Below, piece by piece: positions 21,483 through 35,018 of a stretch of 64,000 bases of DNA (within the stretch, counting starts at the first letter, position 1; every line of letters begins with the position of its first letter). The stretch spans positions 1 through 64,000 of the forward strand of contig NW_024705104.1 in assembly GCF_018977255.1 (NCBI RefSeq), written 5' to 3'. A program made the position numbers and the translations under genes. The notes beneath the pieces were generated by a model. The model saw only the letters and a list, made by a program, of their open reading frames with translations. It had not been told where the DNA came from and searched no databases. This DNA is from Callorhinchus milii (taxonomy: Eukaryota).

Positions 21483-22440
21483 TATTCCGAAGTATGAATG
21501 TAATCGTGTTTTGCTGCTGCAATGCAATGCAGCGTCATTGACCGCAAATCCCAAGACAGCGACTTCTGTTTTTACTTAACAATTTCGGTGCAGCTGTGTG
21601 ACAAAAATACTCGTAAATATTTCTGCGTCTGTATTTAGCGCTGTGCAGCAGCTGTTGCAGGTCCCGCAGATCACATTCACCAATCAGACAGGACTCACTG
21701 TGAGAGACTTGTGTTGGGCACAACACTGATTAGAGTCCTTCATTCCTGAACACTGAACTTGCCCACTATATGATCTCTGTAGTTGTGTAGACAAAAGATT
21801 TAATAGGGACAAAAAATCTTCAACAGTCAAACAAATATTTTCCGTCCTGAAATTACTCGGTCTATTCACCTCACAGTTTAGTCTGTAAAACGCTTTCAGA
21901 TGTCTCGAAAACGTGATAAGACACTATATCAAATGCACCAATTATTATTATTATTAATTAATGTACTATTTAATACCATATAGCAGCTGACTGGTGGGAA
22001 ATTGACTGCAGCGATTCTGTAACCAATTTGAACAGAGTAAATTGTTTTAGTATGTGTCAGAACAAGAAAGAATCATTTTATTAAAATTCTCGGACTATTG
22101 TATAAAAATGTAAGATGATCCACAGATCTGAATATCCTTGGATAGATTTCTTTGGTGAATCCAGTGGACGATTTGGAAATTGAAGCAACATTTGAATTTC
22201 AGCTATTTTTTTAAAAATGCCGCACGACTTTAACTCTTAAAATAAAATTAATCGGAGTAAGACCAGTGAACATTTTAGCCTGAAATGATTTCGAATTAAC
22301 ATTATAACCACAGTCTGTCGCTCCTTGTTTCAAAACATAAACTGGTCAGGAGATGACTTTGAGTAGCTTCACAGTCGATGCACAGTCACTGACACCAATT
22401 TCACGTACAGATAGCTCTGCATTTATATATCTGTTTTTAT

Positions 22441-22451
22441 CTGTCTGTCTC

Positions 22452-22487
<36 letters not shown>
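22441..22487. repeat. (CTGT)n microsatellite
   Basis: About 11 units. Confidence 0.9.
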
Positions 22488-22492
<5 letters not shown>

Positions 22493-22773
22493 TTATTTAT
22501 TTATGCCAGCGCATAGCCAGACAGGCAGGCAGACAACAGTCAGGCAGATAAACACTAACACACAGAGAGAGAAAGGAAGTCGATGCTCTGCTGTGTAAAT
22601 TAGCAAATTCTCTCTCATACAAAAGTCACACTTGATCCAACAATATTGGGATATAAAATTTTAACTGGCAAATTTTTTAACGTTGGAGCTAATTCAGGAG
22701 TTGCTCTACAAGGCGCACCCCTCACCGCGCGCTACAAGTGTACAGTGCAGCTCTGGCCATACAAACGTTGATA

Positions 22774-24311
22774 AACAACAACAACAACAACAACAAGATT
22801 CCATTTATAGAGCGCCTTTCACGTCAGGAGGACGTCCCAAGGCGCTGCACAGTTGGGTCATGACCCGAGCATTGGGGGGAAATGATCAGGGTGCGGGGAG
22901 GGAAGGGAGGGAGCGAGGAGGGGGGAAATGGTCAGGGTGAGGGGAGGGAAGGGAGGGAGCGAGGAGGAGGAAGAGAGTCGAGAGGGGAGCTGAAGGCACG
23001 GTCAAAGAGAAAGGTTTTGAGACCGGCCTTGAAGGAGGAGAGGGAGGAAGCAAGGCGAAGGCACTGGGGGATGGAGTTCCAGAGCCTCGGGGCTGAGAGG
23101 CTGAAGGCCCGACCACCGATATTAGGGCGGTTGGGGCGGGGGACGTGGAGCAGACCGGAGCCAGAGGAACGGAGGGTACGGGCAGGTAGGTAGGGGGATA
23201 GTAGGTTGGAGAGGTAGGAGGGAGCAAGGCCGTGAATGGCCTTGTAGGTGAGGATGAGGATCTTGAAATCAATCCTCTGGGGGATGGGGAGCCAGTGGAG
23301 GCGAGCGAGGGTGGGAGTGATGTGGTCGCGGTGTCTGGTGCGGGACAGTACACGAGCTGCAGAGTTCTGAATGATCTGCAGCTTGTGGAGGGAGGGCCGG
23401 GAAGGCCGGCGAGGAGAGAGTTCCCATAGTCCAGCCTTGAGGTGACAAAGGCGTGAACCAGGGTTTCAGCAGCGTGAGGGGTGAGGTCGTGCCGTAGTCT
23501 GGCGATATTCCGGAGGTGATGGAAGGCGGTGCCAGTTGTGGTGCGGATGTGAGGGAGAAAGGACAGCTCAGGGTCGAACAAAACGCCGAGGTTCCTGACT
23601 GGCTTTGAGAGGTGGAGATTGCAGCCTTGGATGCTGATGGTGTCAGCGCCTGAGGTGCGGAGGCGCTGACGTGAGCCAATCAGGAGGGCCTCGGTTTTTC
23701 GCACGTTGAGCTGAAGAAAGTTGTCTCTCGTCCAGGACTCGATGTCGGACAGGCAGGCTGTCAGGACATCGGTGGTCGTGGAGTTGAGAGTAGAGGAGGA
23801 AAGGTAGAGTTGGGTGTCATCCGCATACATGTGGAAGTTAACCCCATGTTTGCGGATGATGTCACCAAGGGGGAGCATATAGAGGGTGAAGAGGAGGGGA
23901 CCGAGGACAGAGCCCTGAGGGACACCACATGAGACAGTACGGGGGTTGGAGGAGAAGCCATTCGTTGAGACGAAGTGGAGACGGTGGGAAATGTAAGAGC
24001 TAAACCATTCAAGGACAGTGCCTTGAAGGTTGAGGTGGGAGGACAAGCGGTGGAGTAGGATAGCGTGGTCGACCGTATCGAATGCTGCCGATAGGTCGAG
24101 GAGGACGAGGAGACAGAGAGAGCCCTGGTCACAGATGGTCAGGATATCATTGGTGACCTTGACCAGCGCAGTTTCTGTGCTATGAGCAGCACGGAAACCT
24201 GACTGAAGGGGTTCGAAAAGAGAATGGGTGGAGAGGAAAGAGCGCAGTTGGGAGGCGACAACTCTTTCCAAGACCTTGGAGAGAAAGGGGAGGTTGGAGA
24301 TGGGCCGGTAG
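22774..24311 (-). mobile_element. Young 5'-truncated L2-clade LINE (RT domain through 3' tail)
   Basis: [15 protein letters not shown]...[14 protein letters not shown]...[12 protein letters not shown]...[13 protein letters not shown]...[10 protein letters not shown]...[13 protein letters not shown]. One frameshift near 23395, then the LHWLP/LWNS region, stem-loop tail and (TTG)n. Confidence 0.95.
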
Positions 24312-24489
24312 CTTGATAGCTGCGACGCATCAAGGGAGGTTCAAAATCAACATTTTTTATGTTCTCGAAGTCCAAGTTCAATGCTGTATCTCACCGTACT
24401 GCACAATATCTGCGTAATCTTTCTTCTCATCTGTTAAATAGATTCAATTCACTGGGAAATGACCAGAGCCTTCATGTTGTTCAGCGACA

Positions 24490-24900
24490 TGTCACTTCAG
24501 CAGGAACTCTCAATCCGTGCACCGCTTTCGCCTCACTCATTCATTTCACAGAACCCTGACTCGATAACACCGAGAGCAGACTTCCCAGATCCTTTCCACC
24601 AGAGCTGCAGAACATTCAAAATGCTGCAGCCAATGGTCTCCCCACCCAAGTTTTCTGACATTTTGCGACTCTACCCATCAGGCTGCTCCTACCCACAAAA
24701 TTGGCTTTTCGTTCAAAATCCTTCCAAGGACGACAGAGTCATCAACAAAAACTTGCATTTATATCGCGTCCCTCAGGCGGGATTGTGTCGCAGTCAGCAA
24801 ACCGCATTGCTGTGGCAAGTCCAGCAGATGGGATGAGCCACTATTTGGAAGCACCACAACAGCAACGATTGTTTATATTATGTTCCCTCACTTCACTTGT
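24490..24900 (+). mobile_element. Old L2 fragment
   Basis: Degenerate frame ...ELQNIQNAAA... typical of the L2 ORF2 C-terminal part. Confidence 0.55.
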
Positions 24901-26335
24901 GCCACTGGCAATTTTTACAAGAAATGCAGCCTAAGAACACGGTATATGGCGTTATAAATGTCACACTTGAAGATAGTTAAAATTATGGGCCTAAAGTTCC
25001 GTCGAATCTACGATTAAGAGTTTGGAGGACGCGAAGCAGCATATTTGGAGACTGTCTGCCAATCTGTGTGGTTGTCGGCGGTGCAGTGGAATGTCTCTAA
25101 GTCGTGGAGATACAAAAAACACGTCTTGTTTATGAGGAGGCAAATCTTGCGATCAATGGGATTAGTGACAGACTAGTTTCAAAATAGATCAAAAGTGTGA
25201 AAAAATATTATGCCCTTTTGAAAACCTCCCCTTAACTGTAAGAGAGAAAGCATTTCAAAAATGTTATTTCGCTGGCTATAATGGAAACACGCCTTTGCTC
25301 TGTTTGGAACCTGATATCTCTTATATCAGGTAAGAACATGATACTGTAACATCAATGGAACTTGCTGATCAATCAAACGCAATGCGAAATGATATCTGTA
25401 TGTATCAACTTTCACATCGGGAGGATTAGTGAGGCTGAACGTCCAAATACATTCTCTGCAAAATTACCTCTGTGTCTCGTGAAACACTGAGTTGTTGGAC
25501 GATTGTACAAGATAAACATGTGAATGTGCCATCCAGATTTGGTAATTAGATTCACAATCCAGAGTAATGTAACAATGCTAAACTACTGAATTCATTCATA
25601 AAGTCAAGGTTGGAATTTCACAGGTTATTTCAAGATCATGACTGCGGGTTACGTTTGTAGACCGTTTATCAGCTGAGCCAGGCTGGTAATGGTCAGCGAT
25701 TGTACATAATGATTATATATCAATATTAATAATGTGTTTATAGCTTCGCCAATAACAAGTTCTCATTACCGACGGTGCTCAATTTTCTTGGCATTTAGTT
25801 TCTTATTAAAAGCTGCATAGACATGTTGTCTTCAGACAATGAGCCTGGGATTTTCCACGTGTAGGACAGATATAATTATGACTTCCAGACTGAAACTTCA
25901 TCGCTCAAATTTGATGAGGAAACAATCGCAATCTGTGAACAATGAAACTCAAATTAAACGAGAATCTGGGGTGGAAACAGATTTAATGATCATAAACGCA
26001 ATGCTACATAATAGTTATAACATTGGTTGAACATTTTCCCAGGGAAGTCAGTCTTCTACTCGGATGGTAGAATGGAAGTGATTAATGCGTTTCGTTTACC
26101 ATTGAAAACGAAGGAGCCTTCAACAGCTAAATTTTATTTGAGAATGCATCCTATGCGAGAACGTCTCTAATTGCATCTCAACTCTCCAAGCAAATAAAAC
26201 TACATCTTGTGAACGTGGTCTGTTTTTTTTACCATTGTCGAATATATTGCTAGAGTTTGAATAAAATTAGTGCAAGGCATTCGATGGTGGTATTGCGGCA
26301 ACGATTTACAATCAATCAGTCTAAATAATTATATT

Positions 26336-27237
26336 TTATTTAACCAATTGAAGTAACAGAGCAAATGGGTATATAAGAACCGTCTTCATGTCCTCTCTAA
26401 ACTTGCTCTGAGACACCATATAGATGCACGTGTTTGTACAGGAGCTCAAAAGCTGAAGCATGAATCCAGTCTGTTGGATGATATACCGAACGCTATTTTC
26501 TTTATTTTCATAGTGGTAGATTGCAACTGACCATTTTAACGAATAGACAACATTTGTCATCCACAAAAGTAAAAAACTGCCTGATATTGCGAAGAGCAAA
26601 ATGATGGATTTTCTCCGTTTCCCCATTTCGGGATCATTCTGTTTATTACTAATGCTGTCACCCCGGATTCGCTCGCGGGCTCTGCTGGCGATTAAAATGT
26701 GTCTAACAGTCAAACCGTTGATAAAGATAACGAGACTTGACACAAGTGCGGGATTGAACACACGGATCAACCGTTCGTACACTCTCCAATATGCTGAAGT
26801 GTGATAACTGGGTTTTGCTCTGCAGTATTTCGGGATATTATTAATTATGACACGAGGAATTAAAATAAAATACACTGGAATGCACTGCGCACAGCTGAGC
26901 ACAGACACTATTGTTATAACCAAAATAGCCGAATTTACAGAGCAATATCTGTTTTTTATTTCCCGACAACAAATGGCGACATAGCGATCAAAGGTGAAGG
27001 CGACTGTAAGCCATATAGAACATTGAGTGGCTGAAATCAGCAGAACAGTTCGTAACTTACACACAGGAGTGTAGTACAAGAAGCTAAAATGGAAATACAT
27101 ATGATTAATGCGATTCAGTATCACATCATTGATAATAACCATTAGATCCGCCGCTGCCATGGCCACCAGGTAGAAAGTGACGACTCTGGAGAGACCGCAC
27201 CTTCCCCGGGACAGGATCACAATCGCCAACAAGTTCA
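26336..27237 (-). CDS. GPR139/GPR142-like GPCR, gene B, exon 2 (intact)
   Basis: Acceptor TTTTCAG at 27244-27238. NLLAIVILSRGRCGLS...FDRYVAICC...LSSCTNTCIYMVSQSKFRED to TAA. With exon 1 gives a 323-aa ORF. Confidence 0.92.
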
Positions 27238-28001
27238 CTGAAAAGCGGAGAAGTAAAAGGTTATTGGTTCAGCAGAATCTGAAAGCCAATCAGATCTGAT
27301 TAAAGATCACAGGTTCACCGACACAGCAACAGGAGAGCGGAGGAGTGAAGGCACCTGGGCAGTCGGTGATACCTGCCAATCCGCTTGCGGACTCACACAT
27401 TTGCAAAACCTCGCTCATCTAACCATTAATCCGGGGCGATCCGTGTGGCATTAGATTCATGTTGGGTGGCCAGGTGCCAGGCCAGAGTGGCCTCACATCT
27501 CAGCCCAGCCCCAACCACAGCAAAAGAAAGAGATATGGGTGTCGGCATCTCCTTAAGAGGATAAATTAGGCTTCTCGCGTCAAGCCTTGCAGTCCTGTAG
27601 CCCAAGTGCCCACATCTGTACATATTGCATGTAAAATACTTCGGAATCTGCACAATGTGAATCAAGTTAATAATCTTCACTGGCAACTGCACTATTGTAG
27701 AAAGATTTGTGTAACTGACATCCAGGTCTAATGATTGTCTGTGAGATATTGCAATGCACACATTGGCTGCTTTGTTCGTTTACAAAACGCACAATAACTG
27801 CATTAGATAGGATAGCCTGTGAGAAGTTTGGAGACAATCTGCTGATTTTAAGCCTTGTATCAAACAATGTGATGAATAAACAATGATGAATTCAGCAAGC
27901 CGGTAAAAACCAATAACTGAAATAAACGTTTCGCGACGAATATGTTATCTTACTTCCAGTCTCTGGATTCTATAACTAATAGAAAACACTTAATAACCTA
28001 C

Positions 28002-28071
28002 TTGGTACTCCAACCACTGCAAGAATCGGGTAATAAAATGTTTCTATTTCATACAGTGTCGGATATCCCAT
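28002..28071 (-). CDS. GPCR gene B exon 1 (MGYPTLYEIETFYYPILAVVGVP+A), GT donor
   Basis: 70-nt exon, donor A|GTAGGT, phase 1. Confidence 0.88.
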
Positions 28072-28258
28072 GGCAAGACATCAGCGGGAGCGTTGTTGCC
28101 GATACAGCGTCTCCGACTAACAATTTGAGATAACGCATTGAGAGGTGATATTATTTATTCCAATGGGAAATCTCTGGGGAACTTTGAATTGCATCACTTG
28201 TAATGTCAGTCACAGTCCATGGATATCAAGCCAAGCGGTACTCATCTCCATGTCACGT

Positions 28259-28571
28259 GGAGTCTTTTCGCTCAGTGGCTAACGTGCTCAATTCGTAAGC
28301 GAGACACCTGGGTCCGATTCCCGGCAAAGCAAAACCTTGTGCAAGTTTCCTTACTCCCAACGTCTGATAATAATCCCTCAAGAAAATAAAATAAATAATT
28401 TGATCACTTACTCCTCGACTGTCTGTGGGATACTGCTGTGCTTAATTGGGTATTGCAGGTATACCAAATTTCCAGTCAATTCACTTTTCAGTGTATTCTG
28501 TGAAGCTTTCACTTCTAGAAGATAGGAAAAGCGATATAACAAATGCTAAGATTATTATTATTATTATTATT
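28259..28571 (+). mobile_element. Diverged Ala-headed SINE just upstream of gene B
   Basis: Head, AAACCTTGTGCAAGTTTCCTTACTCC body, CTGTGGGATACTGCTGTG core, (ATT)n tail. Confidence 0.8.
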
Positions 28572-30253
28572 TCACAAGGATCATTGGAGAAACATTTACA
28601 TTGAATGCTATTTGCCGATAGTACCTGCTTTAAACACCACAGTTGATTGAGATATCCTTGTTAAAATCGCTTCGTAAAATAAATCAATATCTGCCTTAAT
28701 TTGTGATTGATATCGATTTGTTCGTGTGTAACTGAATGACAAACACGAATCTAAGATACTTTGTAACGAAGCAAAGCGGAGAAGAGGCGGATTCCATTTT
28801 GTTATTGGAAGTTAATCATTCAAAAACTAATGGAGTACAACAAGGAAGAATGGATCCACGGTGGCTTTCAAAATATTATTATTAATCCTTATACTCGATA
28901 AAACTCAAGTCATGTCGGGAGGACGTTTTAAATCGCTGGAAAGCATATATTGCAAACGTAATTGGAGTTGTATGCATCCCAGCTATACATGGAAATCTCT
29001 CTCTCAACATGTCCTGTACACCTAATTCTGGAGCGTGTTGGTGCAGTTTCGCAGGATTGCTGACGGCACTGAGTTTAACCAACTAAAATTCCAAAGCTTG
29101 CCATTAAAAGCACTGTTTGGGAAGCTTTCATGCCGATTAGAGACCACCCTATGCGTTGGTTCTTTGAACTAGAGGGTCAATGCAGCTGAGTAGAAAAATC
29201 AATCGTCACCATCTTTTGAAAATTTCCCGAAAATATTAATTCTCTTCAGAAAATAAATTCTGCTCTTACTCAGCAACGCTGCACTCTTTTCAGGTCTTTA
29301 GTCAGCGAAACATCACACTTGTATGCAATCAGCAAAATTTCAAAATGAAGAATTATTTTTTATCTCGCTCCTGAACAGACCGTGAACTGCAGCCTCTTCA
29401 ACACAGCGAGACGGAACTGTTTGACCAGAAAACTATTGTGTCTTAACAGGTGGATCAGAAAAAGGTTTTCATTTCTATATATTTATACGTATTTTTCAGC
29501 ACTGAACTACTTAAAGGATATTCGTGTGATACTTTCCTCAATGACATCAAAAGCAGTCACAAGAAACTCATCTGATGTTGAAATGATGACGTTAAATTTT
29601 AATGATTACAAAGAAAAGTGCCACTGAACCATGGATCGTGCCCTCTGAATGTAAATTATTAAGGCGTAAATGGCGTGATAGTTGTAACTCAATATTTTTG
29701 TTTGACAGAATTGCTTTTTGCTTCATTTCTGAGCAAGAAACACGAATAAACTCGCCTTGAAGAGAGACGTTAAGAACTTATAATGCCGATGAAGTTATCG
29801 TTGCTAATATAAGTGAATTCGCAAATTCATATTCTTGATATTAGACTTAAATTAATAATTAATGTGTTAATTATTCAAATTTAATTTAGATTCATTTATA
29901 TTCAAACAAATATGGGTGCCACGGCTGAAATGGTAAATCGCAATCTTGGATGTGAGGTGGACACAAATTGTTGGATGACTATATCTACTCACTATTACTT
30001 CTGTAGCTTTGTCAAAAACATAGTTCCATTTTTAGTTGCTCCGATAACAAATGTCAATTCATGTTTTAATGGTTGTCACCCGACAGCGCATGTAAACGGA
30101 TGTTACTTCTTTTCATGTAATAAATACACTCTGGTTTTGCTCAGTAGCCCGCCGCTACTTTCAGTTCTTTAGCAAACAAACTCACTTTTGTAATCAGTCA
30201 GCAGCATTTCAAAAGCAGACTTCTGGTTCAAGGCTTTGTGAGGCTCTATAACA

Positions 30254-30317
30254 GATGAGGTGTCCGAGTGGTTAAGGCGATGGACTGCTCGCGTGGGTTC
30301 GAATCCCACCCTCGTCG
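30254..30317 (+). pseudogene. tRNA-Ser(GCU) pseudogene with an 18-nt internal deletion
   Basis: GATGAGGTGTCCGAGTGGTTAAGGCGATGGACTGCT|CGCGTGGGTTCGAATCCCACCCTCGTCG; the 3' anticodon stem and variable arm are missing. Confidence 0.88.
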
Positions 30318-31639
30318 CTTTACAGACTTTGGATAATCAGTTGATTTGCCGCATATTTACTTCACCTGAATTCATTTGTTCCTTTTGAAGGGCTTTGCGA
30401 GGATTCAAATACATAATAAGGCACGAAATGATGATTATTATTTTAGGAAGCTTGAAAAATGTGTCAGGCCTTGACCCGCTCTGTAAGCCTTGACCTCTTT
30501 TCTGGTAAGATGATGAACATAGAAAATAAGAATCCCATGATTTACACTGAGATAAAACGACCGTAAACATGAGTCAGTGAATTCAGACAGATGTTCATGG
30601 ACAAAAAATAAAAGGGATAATGATACTTTCCACCGACATTCTCTATATTTTGATAATTATGGTTCCTTAAACTTGGGTATGAAAATATTTGCAGTTACTG
30701 TCTAACTAAGTAATTGACTTCACTGTTCTTTAGCTTTATATACTTCATTGGATTCGAATATTTGTGACGTCCTCTCTACTCCATGGAAGAATTTGTTATC
30801 TTCAAACCCACAGATCACATATACCATAATCACTGTTTGGGAGCATGAAGCATTGTTCCACGTGTCGTGCAAGGATTTTTGTGCGGTATTGCTGTGTATA
30901 AATTTCCGGGAAGGTCGATGTCACAATTAAATTACACATTCAAAGTTTACAGCATCAGAAATTATTTATGTGAGACATAATTGTTGAAACGCAAACGTGA
31001 TTGCTTCAGCAGTAACCGGTAGTGGTTTTATATTAGTGTGGGAAATGTGGAAGATTAAAGACAAGCTATCATCTTGAAGGAGTATTTGTTGTTTCTAAAG
31101 GGTCAATTTCATTACTCAAAAGAAAAATTTTCTTCACACAGCAGTTCCTCCTAACGGGAGTGCATTCAGATGGTAACATTTGCAGATAACATATGCATTT
31201 TAGAAATCCCATATACCTTGATCAAATACTGCACTTTGTCGTGCTGTGTTGACTTGTGTTTGCATGTACCGGGTCTTGAATTGTTGGTTACTGGTCTGTT
31301 TTGCAAGAGATTCACGAGATTGAATTCCGAAAGCAGCACAACTGGACCAAACGGGAGGGGGGCGCTATGAGAGTTCAATGAAAACGTCTTTACTTCTCAG
31401 CCACATCAACTGGAGATTTACATTCTGTGAAAAAAACACGAGATCATTTATATAATTTCCTCTGAGGGAATATCGGGTAAGAAAAAGAATGCAAGAGGGA
31501 CTGGGGTTATAAAATTAACAGTGCAGATCCCATGCGAAACGACTTTTCCGCTCCGTCCACTCAACAGCTGATCTGCTCCCTGTTCCTCCCCACACACACC
31601 AACTCCCCCCCCACCACCCCCCACACCCCCCCCCCAGCA

Positions 31640-31900
31640 CACTGTCAGCGGTCGAGTCCCTCAGCCTCCCTTTGGAACTCTATCCCACAGTCCCTTCGCC
31701 TCACACCCTCCTTTGCCACCGTCCAAGTACGTGACAGGACACTCCTCTTCGACCACGCCTTTGGTTTCCCTCCTGCACCCACTCTCCCCGCCCTCCGCCC
31801 TCCCTAATCCCAAACCGCTGTTTGGGTCCAAACCATTGATTGCCCAGCGCCAAGGGACGTGCAGGGCGCTGTGCAAATGGATTGCTTTGCCGTGTCCGTC
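31640..31900 (+). mobile_element. Old L2 3' end
   Basis: TGGAACTCTATCCC...CTCTTCGACCACGCCTT and decayed tail CAGCGCCAAGGGACGTGCAGGGCGCTG. Confidence 0.7.
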
Positions 31901-32049
31901 TGTGTCGCACGTTACAGTTTTGTACCATCAGGTACTGTATGTAACGGTAAACACGATTCTAATGAGATTTGAACTCACACCACTCCACTTTTCTGCTTTC
32001 CCCCATTTCCGTAACAAGTCTGCACTGCCACAGCCTCTTCCCTCAAGTT

Positions 32050-32480
32050 CCTAAGACACTTATCCACCTATTCAGTACATCCAGGCGTGATGACGCAAGA
32101 TTCCCACATGACGTTATTTCTATCACTTCCCTCCATAAAATCCCGATTATTTGGAGCTGTGCAGGTCATTCCTCTCCTGCAGCACCTTCTGTGAAACCTT
32201 TACCAAAGAAGATCGAATCCAAAATCATTATCGTCCCTTTCAAAGATCTCAAAAGCCCTGCAGCTTCCTAACTCTGCGAATTTGATACCCAGCAGCGACC
32301 TGTCTAAGCGTTCTTCTCGGCGGCCACGGCGCAAAACCCCCTTTCCCCCCTGTCTCAACAACATATTTTGGAATTCCGTCCCACATATCCATCGCCTCAC
32401 CCCTTCCCTTTCCTCCATACAGAACAATCTCATGACTCTCCTCACTGAACGTACCTTAGCTCTTTCTCCTACATCCACAC
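32050..32480 (+). mobile_element. Old L2 fragment
   Basis: Frame ...KIESKIIIVPFKDLKSPAAS resembles the L2 RIDFKILLLTFKALHGLAPS stretch. Confidence 0.5.
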
Positions 32481-35018
32481 TTCTTACACGCCACCCCTCT
32501 TGTTTAAAACACCAGATTGTTTGCAAATCTTTGACCCACCAGCTCATTCGTATGTGCTCCTCACCTGAAAGGTACTATGTAAAATTAAATTTATTGTGAG
32601 TTAAATGACAGGAAATGGTAAAAACAAGACACGGAGATTCCTCGTATGCTAATAGAGGTGTAGAGTGCAATGTTAATGTTCTCATCCCACAAGTTGAGGC
32701 CGTTTCCTACAAGTAGTCATGGTTTGAGTGATGACGTTTTATTTTTTGGCAAGGATGAAAGCTTTCTGATCCACTCATCTTTTGGAAGGTCTTTGAAGGT
32801 CTGCCAATCGACCATCAAATGTGTTTCTGCTTCCTGTTAGGAAAACAGAGGCGTGAGGAGTAAGGAACCTTGATTCACGTTTTTCATCTTACTAAAATCT
32901 ATTCCAGGTCCTTTCGCTTGGGAGCCGATTGCTACAAGACTCCGTATTGCTTTTGCATTGAAAAGGAACAATTCTCCCCACTTCATCCCACGCGCCAATC
33001 TAATACAGTTTGTTCTTTTTTCCCTGAAGACACACATTAAACTGTTGCATACAGAGAAGTTATGAAAACAAAACTGATGTTAAATCCTGACATAGAGCAG
33101 TTACTGCTTGAAAAATAAGCGTTCACCATCATGACGCTTTTCACTGTAAATGATAATGTGATGTTGCGAGAGCTCCAGCAGAATCCATTGATGGAAACCA
33201 AGAGGAGAATATTGACCAGGTAACGGATAGACAGAACCATGAAAGTCGAGCTGATATTGAAGGCGGAGGAGAAGAATAGAGTGGTTAACCGTGTCAAACG
33301 CAGCAGGAGATCAAGAGTGTTGGTGAGACAGAGTGAGCACTGGTCATACATGTGATATCGGGACTTTAATTTGGTTTCGTTGGGTACACCGTAAACGGGA
33401 GTATTTTTATGCGTGAATTCGGTAGCCAATTTTCGGAGAGACAATTTTCGAAAATAGCCACGAATAATAAACTGACCAATTTTATTTGTGTGGTTGCTTC
33501 CCAGAACAGCGGGAGAAACTTCCCTCTCTTTCAAAATTGTGTTTGGATTTTAAATTCCACCTGGCAAGGTAAATTTGACCTCTGTCTGATCGGAAGGAGG
33601 GCGCAAATAAAAATGCAGCGAATTTCCAAGACTGCAACGATAAATTCACGATAAATTGTGCCAGATTTTAGCAGTCAAGTACATTATTTACTCGACTTTC
33701 TAGTTGGGTAGGAGAGGGGAGAATTTATGTTGGTTTCATGAGAGAAGTATTTAGGTACATGAAGAAGAGACGCATATCGGGGTGCAAGGAGAGGACAGGT
33801 CATCTGGATTGAATGCATACCTTGCTTGAGAAAGTGTGGAGACTACATAGGATGAAGGGCTGTGATGTTCACCAAACAAAAATGTTACTGCATGATATCA
33901 GTATTTGAAGCGCTTTTAGACGTCATTCTGTCGTGTCCTGTACATGAGAGAGGCTTTGGCTAAATGCAAAGATTCCACTTGTTCTGAACATATAGAGTTT
34001 GTACGCACTTCCACGGCAAACCAGCATCAAGTCGCCATGAAGTAAACTATAGAATAGTGCAAGTGATTGTTATTCCAATACAATATATTGAAACGTTGCT
34101 TAATTCGTGTAACAATTTATAGCTGTAAGTTTACCTTTTGATTTATGGAATCTTGGTACCCGATCTTTACTCAGAACTAAATCGTCTTTCACTTAAATGA
34201 GATTCTTCACTGAAAAGCGAGTGGAAGCGCAGGTTAAAAAAGTTGGACGTGAAAGAATTAAATCAGACTGTCAGCATCCTGTGAGAAGATTAATTTCAAA
34301 GAATCTGGTTTGAAAAATGACTTAGGATCTATTGAATCTCTGTCACCAGTTCCTTTACTTTATTCAGGTTTCACTTAGTCCGTCACAATAGCAAAAAAAT
34401 ACATTTCATCGGGACTTTCATATCGGGAAAAGGACATACACATATATGGGACATTTATACACTTCACTGGTAGATATGATTTAACATAGTTGTGCACAAT
34501 TGTGGGACTGACTTGGTGCTACAATAGCGGAAATATTATAGAACAGCACGTGAGATTGTTAGCAATACACAACGCAATATTCAAGGACATGATCTGGACA
34601 GGGGTAGAGGGGAGCCTCAAACCCATGACAAATACCTTGTAAATAAAGGTTTAGAGGATAAGCACCTACGAATTTATTGGCGAAGGAAGTCCAAGGTCCA
34701 TGTAGTTTGCCTGCAACCATTCTGGCAGTCGATAGCATGAGATGTCCCAAAACATATATTATTCCCAGAGATAATATACCCTAAAATATACCTAATTGGC
34801 TCAGGAATTGGATTAGCGACAATACTACAGAAAGTTTGTTCGATGTTGACGTTCTGTTGTGAAACTTCACCTTGGAGCCAGTTGTGCTCCGAGAAGGATA
34901 TCCTCATTCTATACCTATATATTTCATATTATATACTTGTCTGTGTGTATGCACATTAAGTGTAGCTTTTACAGATTTCTATTGATCTAACAGGTTATCA
35001 GAAGCCTATCAATATTTG

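Noticed and set aside
22886-23400. Pro/Ser-rich C-terminal third of the 461-aa ORF as a novel domain
   Set aside because: Out-of-frame read-through after a frameshift in the L2 RT; the true frame carries the usual LHWLP/LWNS motifs.
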